IMG/VR virus record: IMGVR_UViG_3300042556_001362
Length of the DNA stretch: 64,000 nt
From: an uncultured virus (IMG/VR IMGVR_UViG_3300042556_001362)
Taxonomy: Duplodnaviria > Heunggongvirae > Uroviricota > Caudoviricetes
Reading direction: 5' to 3' (one strand)
The position numbers were made by a program, and so were the translations under genes. How positions within the stretch are numbered: the first letter of the stretch is position 1; every line of letters begins with the position of its first letter. Shown here piece after piece: positions 31,901 to 40,730 of this stretch. The notes under the pieces were generated by a model that saw only the letters and a list, made by a program, of their open reading frames with translations, was not told where the DNA came from and made no database searches.

Positions 31901-33139
31901 TCCTTGATTGCTTTCAACAATTCCTTTTATGTTAATACCAAACCCTGCAAGCATTTTGCTTGCTTTTTCTGTTGGATTAATTAATGATGCCAGACCAGAC
32001 TTAAGTGCGTTAGCACCTTCTGAGGCATTAATACCTCCTTCTTTCATAGCGGTTAAAAAGAATGCTAGATCTTCTACATCTCCACCAAGTTGCTTTACAA
32101 CTGGACCTGCTTTAGGAATTGCAATTGTTAAATCTTCAATAGATACTACGGTCTGGTTTTCTACTGCGTTTAAAAAGTTAATTTTACTTGCTAAATCTTC
32201 TGCTGCTACACCAAAAGCATTTGTAACGGATATAGTTGTTTCAAGTGCTTGGGCTTGTTCTACGCCGCCAAGAACTGCAAGGCGAGTAGCCTGAGCAACT
32301 TGTGCTGTAAGGTCTGCACCAGTTTTACCCATTGCTGCTGCATTTGCTGCCATTTCCATAGTATCAGCAACTGCAACTCCATATTTAGTAAACTCTTCTG
32401 CAAGTCGTTGAACATCTGCTAAAGCCTTATTACTTTCTTCAGTTGTTGTAAACATATCTCCATAAACACGTTTAAATCTAATTGCTTGTTTTTCAAGATC
32501 CATAAAGGTCTTGGCAGCAGCGGTACCAAAATAAGCAAGAGGAATTGTAAAACCAACCATAAGTTGGCGTCCTGCCCATTGGGTATTTTTACCAAAGTTT
32601 AAAAGGTTGGTAGATCCTTGTTTTAATAATTGATTTAATAATGCTTGTTTTTGTGCTGCTACTGCTAACTTTGTAGAGTAGTCTTTCATATTTAATGTAT
32701 TTGGAGTTATTGAAATTGCTTTCATTGCTCCAGAAGCATCACGACCCATCTTAATATATTGGGTCTGCATTTTCTTAACACGTTCTTCGGCTACCTTGCC
32801 AATTGTGTTAAATTCTTGTTTAAATAGTTTTCCAAATGTTTTTGTAGATCCGCCTGCAAAACGGAAATACTCACGCATAGAGAGTTTATTGGTCTCCAGT
32901 GCGTGAGTAAATGATTCCGTTGAGGTTCTTACTAACCCCATTTGTGCACGGAACTTGCCCGTTGCATTTATTGAGTTTAAGAGATTAGTCTGTAAACCTT
33001 TTTGTGCCATTGCAGCAGCAGCGCTGCTTTTTGACACTGATGAATGAAAATTTGCTAACTGACGTTGAAGATTTTTAAGTTCTGCCAATGCCGCTGACGT
33101 ATCAATATGTACGCCAATATTAGCATTTACGTCAGCCAT
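25982..33139 (-). CDS. Tail tape measure protein
   Basis: 2385 aa helical protein with TP901-like TMP core (EGANALKSGL), hydrophobic segments and GTDTIPAMLTPGEFVV motif. Confidence 0.93.
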   Translation of the reverse strand: MADVNANIGVHIDTSAALAELKNLQRQLANFHSSVSKSSAAAAMAQKGLQTNLLNSINATGKFRAQMGLVRTSTESFTHALETNKLSMREYFRFAGGSTKTFGKLFKQEFNTIGKVAEERVKKMQTQYIKMGRDASGAMKAISITPNTLNMKDYSTKLAVAAQKQALLNQLLKQGSTNLLNFGKNTQWAGRQLMVGFTIPLAYFGTAAAKTFMDLEKQAIRFKRVYGDMFTTTEESNKALADVQRLAEEFTKYGVAVADTMEMAANAAAMGKTGADLTAQVAQATRLAVLGGVEQAQALETTISVTNAFGVAAEDLASKINFLNAVENQTVVSIEDLTIAIPKAGPVVKQLGGDVEDLAFFLTAMKEGGINASEGANALKSGLASLINPTEKASKMLAGFGINIKGIVESNQGNIRNTVIGFAQALDTLDPLNRARAIEQLFGKFQFSRLSTLFQNVTKEGTQAARVFDLAGASIEELAILSERELGVLEDSISTDFKESIENLKLAIAPIGKEFLKAVTPIAKALGGFLEKFNNLGDGTKKFIVIATTLVGVIGPVLLMTFGLLLNAGANIIKLFATMRSGFLKAGTNSGLLAQQTQYLSSEQLEAATVAASLNQAHTRLTQSFAVETTAVKLLRQAYIDATIAATNFARANPGMMMPGFKPGMKGGKPKGFASGTTGLPGPRGAGDIIPILGAPGEAIIPAEISQDDRFKPLIAALVSGDIKGYKKGSVGLGDDFSHVGGLKNLNIDELLKNPKITALEKQKLQVYKQILISQGKPTTVGSYGSLAYSFDSQMNKALAKGGVSIDSFEKAWINRGPEKWMSSNIPPSQAKIVDDAILKQIKASGATKVTDAMIEQTFKNLPAEIKSTSAYSKMNSLHSELGSYGIGRGLGSNPKTSEAILADAKKKGYIKDYKIETRTSDSGVIKTKSLIVTNNDGTQVNLGRGSKTNRQYLPDTQDTRRKSGIINGQTSKAKSPALSVVGGGASDNRQVAVGKNETILNSKTTSALRSGKRVSVPGIGRFGLLGADQGIPKGQSVTSPGMAVSEVEKQFRSEQKSLRRQIEKVEQRRLVALKQELKIVEDKNKLATQAAPLTKQQLKEQKREVRAQRAQRVGRVAGPVAGIAGIGAMAGFMTGNNNVGMAMMGISALATIAPMLTNPIGLFVAAMVGLVAGFKLIDKKHKEMAKKQSEYIDSISGTTTKMKKVGEVTGKVGASELMTRRRQDSLPDKFSQQYNRAGQQFGTNFMGSDVGKEISKGFAESLLKDRSIATKQFALQLSSYVSDGVIDGVQAGDIARQIAVDFNDMSLYPSILGQLTSIIGPDGVNILTDPIKVRMLIIQEQAGLSNIQAEGIVAGDKGIIGKQETGKAREAAAAASAASYSQSFELAKAQVDATNLQYQKDLEILKNKQKIATTEKEREKIQKNINTLINKNKKDNSDLSAEMSTILKNQQIAYEKTSRSQQGLLPGQINFVRNAFLEASKQQVVTKFAGTQQEGAAKALLENTKNLKSTDLEVKINAIAASGTNPTLLASLINMYKNDEEQLNKQIDLAVSTRGIDTTVSLLGNLGMIEDADTKKQLFIDIINITDNQQFEDIQSALTKISEMAGKDFNVSAYLKTNGLEKLINLTSQLNKLDKVVSPINKVTQIENIGLTVEEVAAITSNWEYFMSLPNTVRKTAIQTYVVALDMVTEEQIQAEIAKRVTAAGAGVSGTVANYLNSPQGRAMIVDQLAMQATTPQYSPSQQGPNKPPPADDNFDGSGTRDTTLDELLKKLKLTRDASINAQGGLQELRRVMRESGGDLKVFNGLNQALARMGAESDFINFVGGMDNALEKAYVNAAKLKDGIIELTDDGTLAMKAYQEAQIGAFSVTAVLGITETIKQRDAFVKLTAAGVSAADALEMMSDSNFMLSISQRAGTEEIKDLIEQYNLLKSTIKTTQDIINPEKSFKDLMDENMKYYNFLEKEARAQYEPQIESLNNLIDTNERLIDVQQRVIEEKYDRPISLLNEQTTLLNQDLSLIDRAAESINKKYEEQEKALQQISDIQDEIADKEKGRITIADALTRGDISAAAKAIQEERQAAAQRAQERSSNLLQVAREKELAELRSSSGLTRAQIEEKIYVISQQIFALEQQKLPVAAEIQRLNDANYNIQVKQLQPLKDELKARTDNIDAARTAWESQMLAIEKAKYEASGYNNILQLGENILKRIKALWDSLTANAAEGAAIKVKTEIVGSAQEILQKSSLASANKEYFEKQVFPAVESGTIGGNELRDYAKAYSQAFKTNIIPLARGGMVPKYYASGGYSKGTDTIPAMLTPGEFVVRKNAVDSFGVNSLNKINDGSYGGSSVYNYSLNVNVKSDSSPDDIAKTVMTQIKRIDSQRIKTQRGA

Positions 33140-33161
33140 TCATTTACACCTCTTTTATTAT

Positions 33162-33494
33162 TTAATTGTTTGCAAGCACTGTGTTTAAAAGAGCGTTTGC
33201 ATCTGCTAATTTAACTCCAGAAGCGGCTTCAATAATCTTATAAACTGTTGGAAGGTCTAGGACCTCTTCTAGTTTACTAACATCTTTAGATAGTTCTGGA
33301 CTGTATTGTTCCATAGCAATCTGTACGCATTCAATAAGAAGAGTCATTGACTTTTCATTATCTTCTGCTACCCCTGCCACTTGCTCAAACTTCTTCATAA
33401 ATGGACGAAGCAAGGAAATCTTAAGTGGACGTACCTTGATTTTTGTACCATCAATGAGAGTAAGTTCTGCGCCCTCATGTACTGTTGTTGCCAT
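33162..33494 (-). CDS. Tail assembly chaperone, short (gpG-like)
   Basis: Directly upstream of the TMP; paralog of the N-half of 33540-34253; SD AGGAGGA. Confidence 0.75.
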   Translation of the reverse strand: MATTVHEGAELTLIDGTKIKVRPLKISLLRPFMKKFEQVAGVAEDNEKSMTLLIECVQIAMEQYSPELSKDVSKLEEVLDLPTVYKIIEAASGVKLADANALLNTVLANN

Positions 33495-33522
33495 TGTGTA
33501 TCCTCCTATATAGGCTATGTCA

Positions 33523-33531
33523 ATTATAGCA
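33523..33531 (-). promoter_or_regulatory. Extended -10 promoter TGCTATAAT
   Basis: Between the two chaperone genes. Confidence 0.6.
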
Positions 33532-33539
33532 TAAGGAGT

Positions 33540-34253
33540 CTATTTTTTAATAACAGATGGATCTCTAAGATCTTCATAATCTAAACCATCCCCTATGCCA
33601 AACCCTGCTTTTTGGGCATTAACACCTTGTAATGCTAAAACATCATTGCTATCTTTTGTTTGACCTTTACTAAATACTCTAGCCTTCATGTCTTCCCACT
33701 CTTTTTGACCCTTGTCTTTATTTGATTCTTTATCTAAGTCTACCCCCTGAATTGCAGCCATAAATTTTTTTTCTGTATAATCTAATTCTCTACTTACCTC
33801 TAGGGTTGCCATAAGTTCTGGCATAGATAATGATGTTTCTAATTCTTGATAGTCTTTCCATATACCCAGCAAAAAAACCTCAGATTCTAACTTTGCAAGA
33901 TCTAATGTTTCCCAGGTTTGGCCACTGTCTAATGCCTGATCCTTGACTCGTTCTTCTGACTTTTTATTAATTTTAATTCCAGCAGCGGTATCTAATACTT
34001 TATATATTGTAGGCATATCTATACTATCTTCTACATCTTGAACGCTTTTAGATATTGAAGGGTAATATTGTTTCATACATACCCGCACACATTCAACCAA
34101 TACTTCTATTGCCTCGTCATCAGTTTTTGTTTTTTTTATCTCTTTAAAGGTTTGCATAAATTCACGCAAATATTTTATCTTCAATGGTATTATTTCTAAT
34201 TCCGTACCGTCGAATAAATACACTGTTTGAGAGTTATATATTGTAGTTGCCAT
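33540..34253 (-). CDS. Tail assembly chaperone, long (gpG-T-like)
   Basis: G-like N-half plus C-half LESEVFLLGIWKDYQELETSLSMPEL; lies between major tail and TMP genes. Confidence 0.75.
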   Translation of the reverse strand: MATTIYNSQTVYLFDGTELEIIPLKIKYLREFMQTFKEIKKTKTDDEAIEVLVECVRVCMKQYYPSISKSVQDVEDSIDMPTIYKVLDTAAGIKINKKSEERVKDQALDSGQTWETLDLAKLESEVFLLGIWKDYQELETSLSMPELMATLEVSRELDYTEKKFMAAIQGVDLDKESNKDKGQKEWEDMKARVFSKGQTKDSNDVLALQGVNAQKAGFGIGDGLDYEDLRDPSVIKK

Positions 34254-34262
34254 ATAAATTCA

Positions 34263-34271
34263 ATTTTACCA
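34263..34271 (-). promoter_or_regulatory. Extended -10 promoter TGGTAAAAT
   Basis: 9 nt before ATG 34253, with no SD. Confidence 0.5.
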
Positions 34272-34272
34272 T

Positions 34273-34306
34273 AAAACAACAAAGCCCACATCCGAAGACA
34301 TGGGCT
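34273..34306 (-). terminator. Intrinsic terminator after the major tail gene
   Basis: AGCCCATGTC-TTCG-GATGTGGGCT (UUCG loop) then TTGTTGTTTT. Confidence 0.8.
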
Positions 34307-34325
34307 ATGTAGAATAGTTAAACTA

Positions 34326-34964
34326 TTAAGATAATAGGTCTCCAAAGGTACGGTCAACGATCTTACCGTATGAGCCTGAAGTATCTTCTGGTAGCAAACG
34401 GAATGAAACTTCAAACATTGAAGCCTCGTCACGCTTTGCTGAAACTGTTACGTTTTCGATTGACAAAGCACGGTATGCTGTATAAACACGTTCCACGAAT
34501 GGAGAGTCAATACAATCACCTGTGCCAGGTCCTACTGCAACAATTCCACGTTCTACTGGACATTCGCCGATATCTCCACCTGATAGGTTTAAAACCTGTC
34601 CTGCGTTAGATGCCTTTGATCCAGATAGTTCGTCTGAGTTAAATGCTAGAGCCAAAAGAAGATTCTCAAGGGTAGCCTCAGCAAAAGCAGTTGCAAGATT
34701 TACCTGCATGCCTTGCTTGTAAAGTTTAGCAACGTCAAGAATTTGGTCAACCTGTACTTCACCGAAGTCTGGTTGGAACTGTAATTCAAGACCGTTCATG
34801 GTGTAACCTACGTTTGTATAACCTGCATCATCAGCAAGGGTTTCCTTGAATGATTCTTCAGTATCAAAACTTTCCAGAGTACCTGGAGTTAGGGTTGTGT
34901 CTGCAACAAAAAGTGCTGCAGCGCCAACGATAATGTTGGTCGATGTTCCACGACTGTATGCCAT
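34326..34964 (-). CDS. Major tail protein
   Basis: NIIVGAA...VGYTMNGLEL...VDQ...AEATLENL; own promoter and terminator. Confidence 0.85.
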   Translation of the reverse strand: MAYSRGTSTNIIVGAAALFVADTTLTPGTLESFDTEESFKETLADDAGYTNVGYTMNGLELQFQPDFGEVQVDQILDVAKLYKQGMQVNLATAFAEATLENLLLALAFNSDELSGSKASNAGQVLNLSGGDIGECPVERGIVAVGPGTGDCIDSPFVERVYTAYRALSIENVTVSAKRDEASMFEVSFRLLPEDTSGSYGKIVDRTFGDLLS

Positions 34965-35025
34965 TTATTCACCTCTTTCTATAGAAATAGATATTAAGTT
35001 GTTTGGCGTTTGTTTCCTCATGTTA

Positions 35026-35034
35026 ATTATAACA
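35026..35034 (-). promoter_or_regulatory. Extended -10 promoter TGTTATAAT
   Basis: Upstream of the major tail gene. Confidence 0.6.
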
Positions 35035-35039
35035 CCGTT

Positions 35040-35609
35040 TTATGTGTATCTTTCTGATGCCCCGCTTGTATGATAGTCATACTCTATTACAAGTTTGTTG
35101 AGTGCAAGGGTTCTGGCAGAGGCTAATTCTAGGATATCCCTACTTTCGTCTGCTTGATAAACCTTTATATTATGAAAAAATACATTTTTAGGGATAGCAT
35201 TGCCGCTTTCATCAAGAATGTCATTTTGAGATATCCAGAGGTTTAGGTCTTGAGCAGCGGCATCCTCTCTATCTAAGCATTCAATAATAACCCTAGTAGT
35301 ATCAATTAGTTTAGAAAGATTTGGACTATAAATAAAATATATCAATTGCTCTCTTTTATGTCTGTAAAATGTCGTTGGTCTAAATCTAATAAGCCTATCA
35401 AATATAATAACTGTTGTATCTGGATTATTTCTGATAAATGGAATGTCATTATAAATACCTTCGACACTATCAGGAACCTGTGCTGGAAAAAATGGCTGAA
35501 ATGGTTCTGGTCCAGTTGGCATTAAGCCAAACTCTTTTAATTCACTATTAACAAAAGCATTTACAAAGGTTGGCGGGAAGCCAGTTTGACTTAATACATT
35601 TAGTGCCAT
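35040..35609 (-). CDS. Putative tail terminator
   Basis: Position just before the major tail gene. Confidence 0.55.
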   Translation of the reverse strand: MALNVLSQTGFPPTFVNAFVNSELKEFGLMPTGPEPFQPFFPAQVPDSVEGIYNDIPFIRNNPDTTVIIFDRLIRFRPTTFYRHKREQLIYFIYSPNLSKLIDTTRVIIECLDREDAAAQDLNLWISQNDILDESGNAIPKNVFFHNIKVYQADESRDILELASARTLALNKLVIEYDYHTSGASERYT

Positions 35610-35613
35610 AATA

Positions 35614-36291
35614 CTATTCTACACCAATCTTTGCATTAGCAATCCATTTAAAGCCAGTATCAATACCCTTAGATCTGCCCATTCTAGAACCAACTTTAAT
35701 ATTTTTCTTAAATATTGTTGGTTTTTTAATATAGTCATATATTCCACTAGCCCTTAAAAATGATTGCTTAAAGTATCTTAAAATAAACTCATCCATAATT
35801 TTTTCAAACGAACCTCTTGCTTCACTTCCTCCAGGATTAGAAACAACTACTGATTTTTTGGTAAACACTGTTTGTCCACCTTCATTAAATACCAACACTG
35901 GAGATCTTGTAGGTTTAATTTTAACTGGAATACCATCTTCCATGATTTTTGCTTTATTATAAAATGGTACGTTAGAATCTTTTTTAACAGTTTTTGATTG
36001 TTTAAATTTTGAATTAATACTTAATCCTAAATTGCTGACGGTGTAATTAATATCAAACAATCTTGCACTAGGGCTTCCAACTTGATACCACTCATAAACA
36101 TGCTGAAGTGCTGCTGGATTTCCTCTTGCTGAAACATCTACATACCTAGCCATTGCCTCTATTGTTCCTGCACCTAGGTTTTTTAAAAAAACAGTTTTAC
36201 CTTTTTGAGCACCATCTAAAAATCCAAAAGCGTATTGAACAATGTTGTTCATCTGTTTGTTAAAGCCTTTGGTATTTGTTGTAATTATCAT
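35614..36291 (-). CDS. Putative neck/tail completion protein
   Basis: Basic protein with HVYEW motif in the head-tail cluster. Confidence 0.5.
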   Translation of the reverse strand: MIITTNTKGFNKQMNNIVQYAFGFLDGAQKGKTVFLKNLGAGTIEAMARYVDVSARGNPAALQHVYEWYQVGSPSARLFDINYTVSNLGLSINSKFKQSKTVKKDSNVPFYNKAKIMEDGIPVKIKPTRSPVLVFNEGGQTVFTKKSVVVSNPGGSEARGSFEKIMDEFILRYFKQSFLRASGIYDYIKKPTIFKKNIKVGSRMGRSKGIDTGFKWIANAKIGVE

Positions 36292-36740
36292 TAGTCTGTT
36301 ATAGTTTGATTTTCTGTTCTACGCAATAATATTTTAAAGTATTCAACTGATCCAAATGGCCCACTAAAAGGATCTACTGTTGCTACTTCATAAATAGTTC
36401 CACGTCCAGATCTTGGTCCTGCTGTTTCTTTATAAATAATTTCGTCATTAGCATTACGAATGTTTGTAACTAAAATGTTAGTGATTGCATTATCTGTTTG
36501 AGTTGAGGATGTTCTAGGATCTGTTTTTGTTCTTGCTATTAGTTTGTTTTCATGTTGTAAAAATGCTTCTGGCTTAATTTGTTCAGTACCTGCTCCTCCT
36601 ATAGAGGTGGCATTGCAGATAATAGTTCTATCATAAAACCATTCTCTAGTTGCTTGTCCATATTGTGTTTGAGTTATAATGGGATAATATAAATCAGCCT
36701 TCATTGGATAAAGAAAGTCTGTTGTTGTACAGTCTTCCAC
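36291..36740 (-). CDS. Putative head closure/stopper protein
   Basis: Beta-rich 149 aa ORF after the adaptor. Confidence 0.55.
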   Translation of the reverse strand: MEDCTTTDFLYPMKADLYYPIITQTQYGQATREWFYDRTIICNATSIGGAGTEQIKPEAFLQHENKLIARTKTDPRTSSTQTDNAITNILVTNIRNANDEIIYKETAGPRSGRGTIYEVATVDPFSGPFGSVEYFKILLRRTENQTITD

Positions 36741-37726
36741 TATAATACTCCTGGACGGATAATCGTTTCTTTGTATTTATCTAGTATTTTGTCTACTAAT
36801 ATATTTCCAGTGCCGTCAATTAGGCGTTCATCATATTGAATTTTAAATTGATCGGTGCTATAGTTTTTAACATATCTCTTGTAATAATCTAATTTACCAC
36901 ATTTAATATCATCAATGAGCATAAGTGCTGCATCTTGAATATCGTATGGAACAACTTTATATCCTGTTTCTGCTAATATAATATAATCTGCACCTTCTGA
37001 AAATGCTACGCCTGGAACAACGGTTTGGGTGTTTCCACTATCTTCTGTGTCAAATAAACTCATAGAGTCAGATATGCCTAAAGGTATGCGAGAATATCTT
37101 CTTTCTGCACGATTTATAGAGTCAACGTTTTCAAGTGGATCTTTAGTAATTGCTGTCTTATCTTTAGTTATAAAAAAAGTATAATCTGTTAAGGCTGGAC
37201 CTTCTTCATTTTCTATATCGTATACTAATTCTGCATTTTCATATATTTTTAAAAGTTTATGTGTTTTTTTCCAAAGCGGTAAATAATCATTTCCTTGACC
37301 AACTACTTCTAAATAAGTTCTGTCATAGTAGAATCCACCAACAATACTGTCAATTATTGCTCTTGCTAAATTTTCGTAACCTTTATACAAGGCTATATCT
37401 GTTGCTGTTCCAGATGTAGCAAGTGGTGTAGGGTCTACGTAAGGTCTCATAATTTCTAAATTATCTTCTACAACAATGTCGCCACGAACAAGAATTTCTC
37501 CAGATGATCCGCCATCTTCGTATATTGTTAATGCATATGATTTGTCATATTTAATAAAGTTACCGTCTAAAGAATAGGTAATTTGTTTGCTAGCGTTAGA
37601 CTCTACAGCCTCTTCAATTTCTGTTAACTCTGCAACGTTTTCAATAACGATTATATAATCAGCATTAGCGTCTGGAACTGTGTAAGTTACAGAAAGTGGA
37701 TATGGGGGAAGACGTAATATCTGCAT
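36740..37726 (-). CDS. Head-tail adaptor
   Basis: ENLARAIIDS...GYKVVPYDIQDAALML...VDKILDKY pattern. Confidence 0.7.
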   Translation of the reverse strand: MQILRLPPYPLSVTYTVPDANADYIIVIENVAELTEIEEAVESNASKQITYSLDGNFIKYDKSYALTIYEDGGSSGEILVRGDIVVEDNLEIMRPYVDPTPLATSGTATDIALYKGYENLARAIIDSIVGGFYYDRTYLEVVGQGNDYLPLWKKTHKLLKIYENAELVYDIENEEGPALTDYTFFITKDKTAITKDPLENVDSINRAERRYSRIPLGISDSMSLFDTEDSGNTQTVVPGVAFSEGADYIILAETGYKVVPYDIQDAALMLIDDIKCGKLDYYKRYVKNYSTDQFKIQYDERLIDGTGNILVDKILDKYKETIIRPGVL

Positions 37727-37728
37727 TT

Positions 37729-38082
37729 TTATTTACCGTAGTATGCGGCTACCTCTTCAGGTGGTGCTATTCTTACCAACCTGTGAGTTAACCACTTTTT
37801 CGATGCCTCCTTTGAGACTATGTTATAACCTACTTTTAAAGCACCTAAACTATCCATGTGTAGATTTCTTTGTGAATGTAGGGCTACTTTGTTTGTTAAT
37901 TTTTCTGCCTTGTTTGCCTCTTCTACTCGTTCTTCTTTATTTACTGGCGGTATCCAACTAGCAAGAATTTCTAATATTTCAAGTTTAGTTGTTGCGTCAA
38001 ATAATTCTATTTTATTTTTTTTTGCGTATGCCTTTAATGCCATTACGGTTTTAGTTGATAACTCTTCAATTGTTAAGTTCAT
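37729..38082 (-). CDS. Protein with Rho-N/HeH-like N-terminal domain
   Basis: ELSTKTVMALKAYAKKNKIEL...TKLEILEIL. Confidence 0.5.
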   Translation of the reverse strand: MNLTIEELSTKTVMALKAYAKKNKIELFDATTKLEILEILASWIPPVNKEERVEEANKAEKLTNKVALHSQRNLHMDSLGALKVGYNIVSKEASKKWLTHRLVRIAPPEEVAAYYGK

Positions 38083-38104
38083 AATTCTCCTATGCTTATT
38101 TGTA

Positions 38105-38113
38105 ATTATACCA
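38105..38113 (-). promoter_or_regulatory. Extended -10 promoter TGGTATAAT
   Basis: Immediately after the capsid terminator. Confidence 0.6.
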
Positions 38114-38114
38114 G

Positions 38115-38151
38115 AATAAGAATAAGGCGGGTAGTTTTTACGCTACCCGCC
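38115..38151 (-). terminator. Terminator after the major capsid gene
   Basis: Stem GGCGGGTAG/CTACCCGCC (38126-38134/38143-38151) then TTATTCTTATT. Confidence 0.7.
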
Positions 38152-38173
38152 CTAATATTTGATCTTTTAGATC

Positions 38174-39328
38174 TTAGGAATCAGCACTATCTGAGTCGAC
38201 ATAAGCGACTGCATCTAGTTCTTCCCATTGGATACCAAAACGTACGAATACTGTGTATTCGATGGTGTCTTTCTTTGGCTTGTATTCACGGTTTACAGTG
38301 ATGTCTCTCTGGAAGCCCCATACACGGTTCTGAGGGAATGTCAAATCGACATAACCTGCAGGGTAGTAAGGAACTTCAAGAACATCTACACCAAGTACAC
38401 GAGTAGTACGTGTATTACCTAGTGTCTGTGTTCCACCATCAAGATATTCTTGACGATTTGCTTGAGTGCTACCAGTGCGGTCTGAGAACGCTGCTGAGAT
38501 TGCATCTGCAAGTGTACCGTTGTTACGAACAATACCAGCAAAAGCATCAGTACCTGCGTAGAACTTAAGATTGCTCTTAAGTGCACGGTACTTACGAGGC
38601 ATTGCTAATAGCAAGCCTTGCATTACTGATGTTGTGTAATTGTCGTCTGCGACTGTTGCAGCATATTCGTGAGCATCGTTTCCGACTGTTCCACGAGTTT
38701 GCTTTACGAAGCCAGGCATGATTGAAAGGAAGGCATCATTGCCTGATCCTAAACCATTAATAGCAAGATCTTCAATATCGTTTGCGAAAGCGTTAGTCAT
38801 CAAGCGAACTAGATGATCTTCAAGTGCTCCACCTTCAATATTGTCTTCAAGTGCTTCTGTTGATACTTCCCAATCAAGACGAATCTTTTTGGTAGTTAGT
38901 TCAACCTTTGTAAAAGTTGCGCCGATGTTTGTATAATCTGGTGCACCTTGTGCTGCTGCACGGATTACACGCTCTCCAACGTTGACCTTTTCGATCTCCA
39001 TTGTGTTAGCACGCATTGTAACTCTACGACCATCTTTAGCGAGAACTGTTGCATCCCACACATAGTCGATGAATCTACGAGCCTGTTCAGGTGCTAGAAT
39101 ACCACCTGCTACGCCTGTTGGGTTTACTGCATTTGCTCCAGTTGTTGAACCGAATGCTGCAGTTGCAGTGTTACCAAGTTGTGATCCTACAGACGCTCCT
39201 GCTGAATCTAAACCTGTTGCACCACCAATACCACCAGATACAAATCCACCTTCAGAGTTAATCTCTGCTGTGGAATTGCTTGCTGCGCCTGGATAGTTTT
39301 TTTCTAGGTCTTTATTTTGTTCCGACAT
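38174..39328 (-). CDS. Major capsid protein (HK97 fold)
   Basis: GGILAPEQARRFID, ELTTKKIRLDWEVSTEALEDNIEG, EDLAINGL; SD AGGAGGTG. Confidence 0.92.
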   Translation of the reverse strand: MSEQNKDLEKNYPGAASNSTAEINSEGGFVSGGIGGATGLDSAGASVGSQLGNTATAAFGSTTGANAVNPTGVAGGILAPEQARRFIDYVWDATVLAKDGRRVTMRANTMEIEKVNVGERVIRAAAQGAPDYTNIGATFTKVELTTKKIRLDWEVSTEALEDNIEGGALEDHLVRLMTNAFANDIEDLAINGLGSGNDAFLSIMPGFVKQTRGTVGNDAHEYAATVADDNYTTSVMQGLLLAMPRKYRALKSNLKFYAGTDAFAGIVRNNGTLADAISAAFSDRTGSTQANRQEYLDGGTQTLGNTRTTRVLGVDVLEVPYYPAGYVDLTFPQNRVWGFQRDITVNREYKPKKDTIEYTVFVRFGIQWEELDAVAYVDSDSADS

Positions 39329-39357
39329 TATTTTTCACCTCCTAGTGATTTTATTGC

Positions 39358-40689
39358 TTATTTAAATAGGTCGGTTGATGTGAGGAAACGACCGCCCCAT
39401 AGGGATTTCTGAACTTTTGAAGGTTCAAACTGCACGATCTCGCCTAGATCGCCAGACTTGCGGAAAGCGGTGTCTTGCTCTACAAGATCTACACGCTTAC
39501 CAAACTCATTAAAAACTCCCTTAACATTGTTTACTTCTGCAGATACGGTTTTAACCTCACCTGATACATTGTCAAGAGACTTGCTTAATGCAACTACCTG
39601 CTCATGAAGAGACTTAACGGTTGTTGCTAAATCGCCAAAGGCATTTGTAAGAGAGTTCTTAATTTCTGCAACTGCTTCAACAATTGCTTCGTTAGATTTT
39701 TCAACAACAGTTTCTACTGCTGCTACCTCTCCCTCTTCTGTTTTTTCAACGGAAGAATCTGCACTACCATCTTCTGATTTAGCAATAGCAAGTTCTTCAA
39801 CTGCTGGTGCTGCCTCATCGACTGCAGGGGCATTTGTTGCTTCTGCAACAACCTCTGCTGGCTGTGCCTCTGGAGCGACCTTTACTTCTTCAACTGCAGT
39901 TTCAATTACTGCATCTGTTGTTTCAGTCATAGGACTAACCTCCTTTGTAATCTTAATTGTACTAATGCCTTTAGCACTATCAACTAAGAACTTTATTGTT
40001 TCTGTGTTATTCTTATCGCCCTTTTCAATAAACCCAATGTTTTGCATTGGCTTCCCAGATGTAGGGCTTGTTTCGCTATCAGACTCTGAAACCATTACAA
40101 TACCTGCTTCAGAATCCCAAAATACATTTTCAATTTCTGCCTTTGAAAGATATCCACTAATTACATTTTGACCATTAACCTTTTCAATGGACACAATGTT
40201 TGCAAATTGATTTGCTGGATTATCAACCAATGACAACTCATATAGATCATATTCTTTAATAATTCTAATACTTTTCTTTAAATCATCGTTATATGCATCA
40301 TCCCAATTTTTAATATTACCGCCAATTGAGAAACCTTTATAGGTTCCATCTAATACTTTTTCCCATGCATCTTGTGCACCTTTTGAAACATAAGCAGATA
40401 CATAAACTCCGCTATAAAACTTTTTTACTGATGGATCAAAGTAGCGATCTTCTTTAAATGACACTATCTTTCCTACTGCAGATGGTTGGTGCATTTCTCT
40501 TAAGTTGCCCCTGAAATTTTTAAATGCTTCAACGCTGGATTCGGTTGTTACAATGTCGCCTTGCTTATCAACATTATCAAGAGTTGCAAAGCCAGATACT
40601 ATTCGGCGCTCAACATCTACTTTGCCAATAGGCATTGATAGACGAACGCTGTCGCCATTAGTTTCCCAATGTGCTTTATTTATTAACAT
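39358..40689 (-). CDS. Prohead protease fused to scaffold-like coiled coil
   Basis: VSGFAT..DKQGD, REMH, GFSIGG, ELSLVDNPAN; acidic Ala/Glu linker and C-terminal coiled coil; start probably 40689. Confidence 0.88.
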   Translation of the reverse strand: MLINKAHWETNGDSVRLSMPIGKVDVERRIVSGFATLDNVDKQGDIVTTESSVEAFKNFRGNLREMHQPSAVGKIVSFKEDRYFDPSVKKFYSGVYVSAYVSKGAQDAWEKVLDGTYKGFSIGGNIKNWDDAYNDDLKKSIRIIKEYDLYELSLVDNPANQFANIVSIEKVNGQNVISGYLSKAEIENVFWDSEAGIVMVSESDSETSPTSGKPMQNIGFIEKGDKNNTETIKFLVDSAKGISTIKITKEVSPMTETTDAVIETAVEEVKVAPEAQPAEVVAEATNAPAVDEAAPAVEELAIAKSEDGSADSSVEKTEEGEVAAVETVVEKSNEAIVEAVAEIKNSLTNAFGDLATTVKSLHEQVVALSKSLDNVSGEVKTVSAEVNNVKGVFNEFGKRVDLVEQDTAFRKSGDLGEIVQFEPSKVQKSLWGGRFLTSTDLFK

Positions 40690-40699
40690 ATCGTTATCC

Positions 40700-40708
40700 A
40701 TTATACCA
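40700..40708 (-). promoter_or_regulatory. Extended -10 promoter TGGTATAAT
   Basis: 10 nt before ATG 40689. Confidence 0.6.
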
Positions 40709-40730
40709 AACTATTTTACGACTATCTCAT

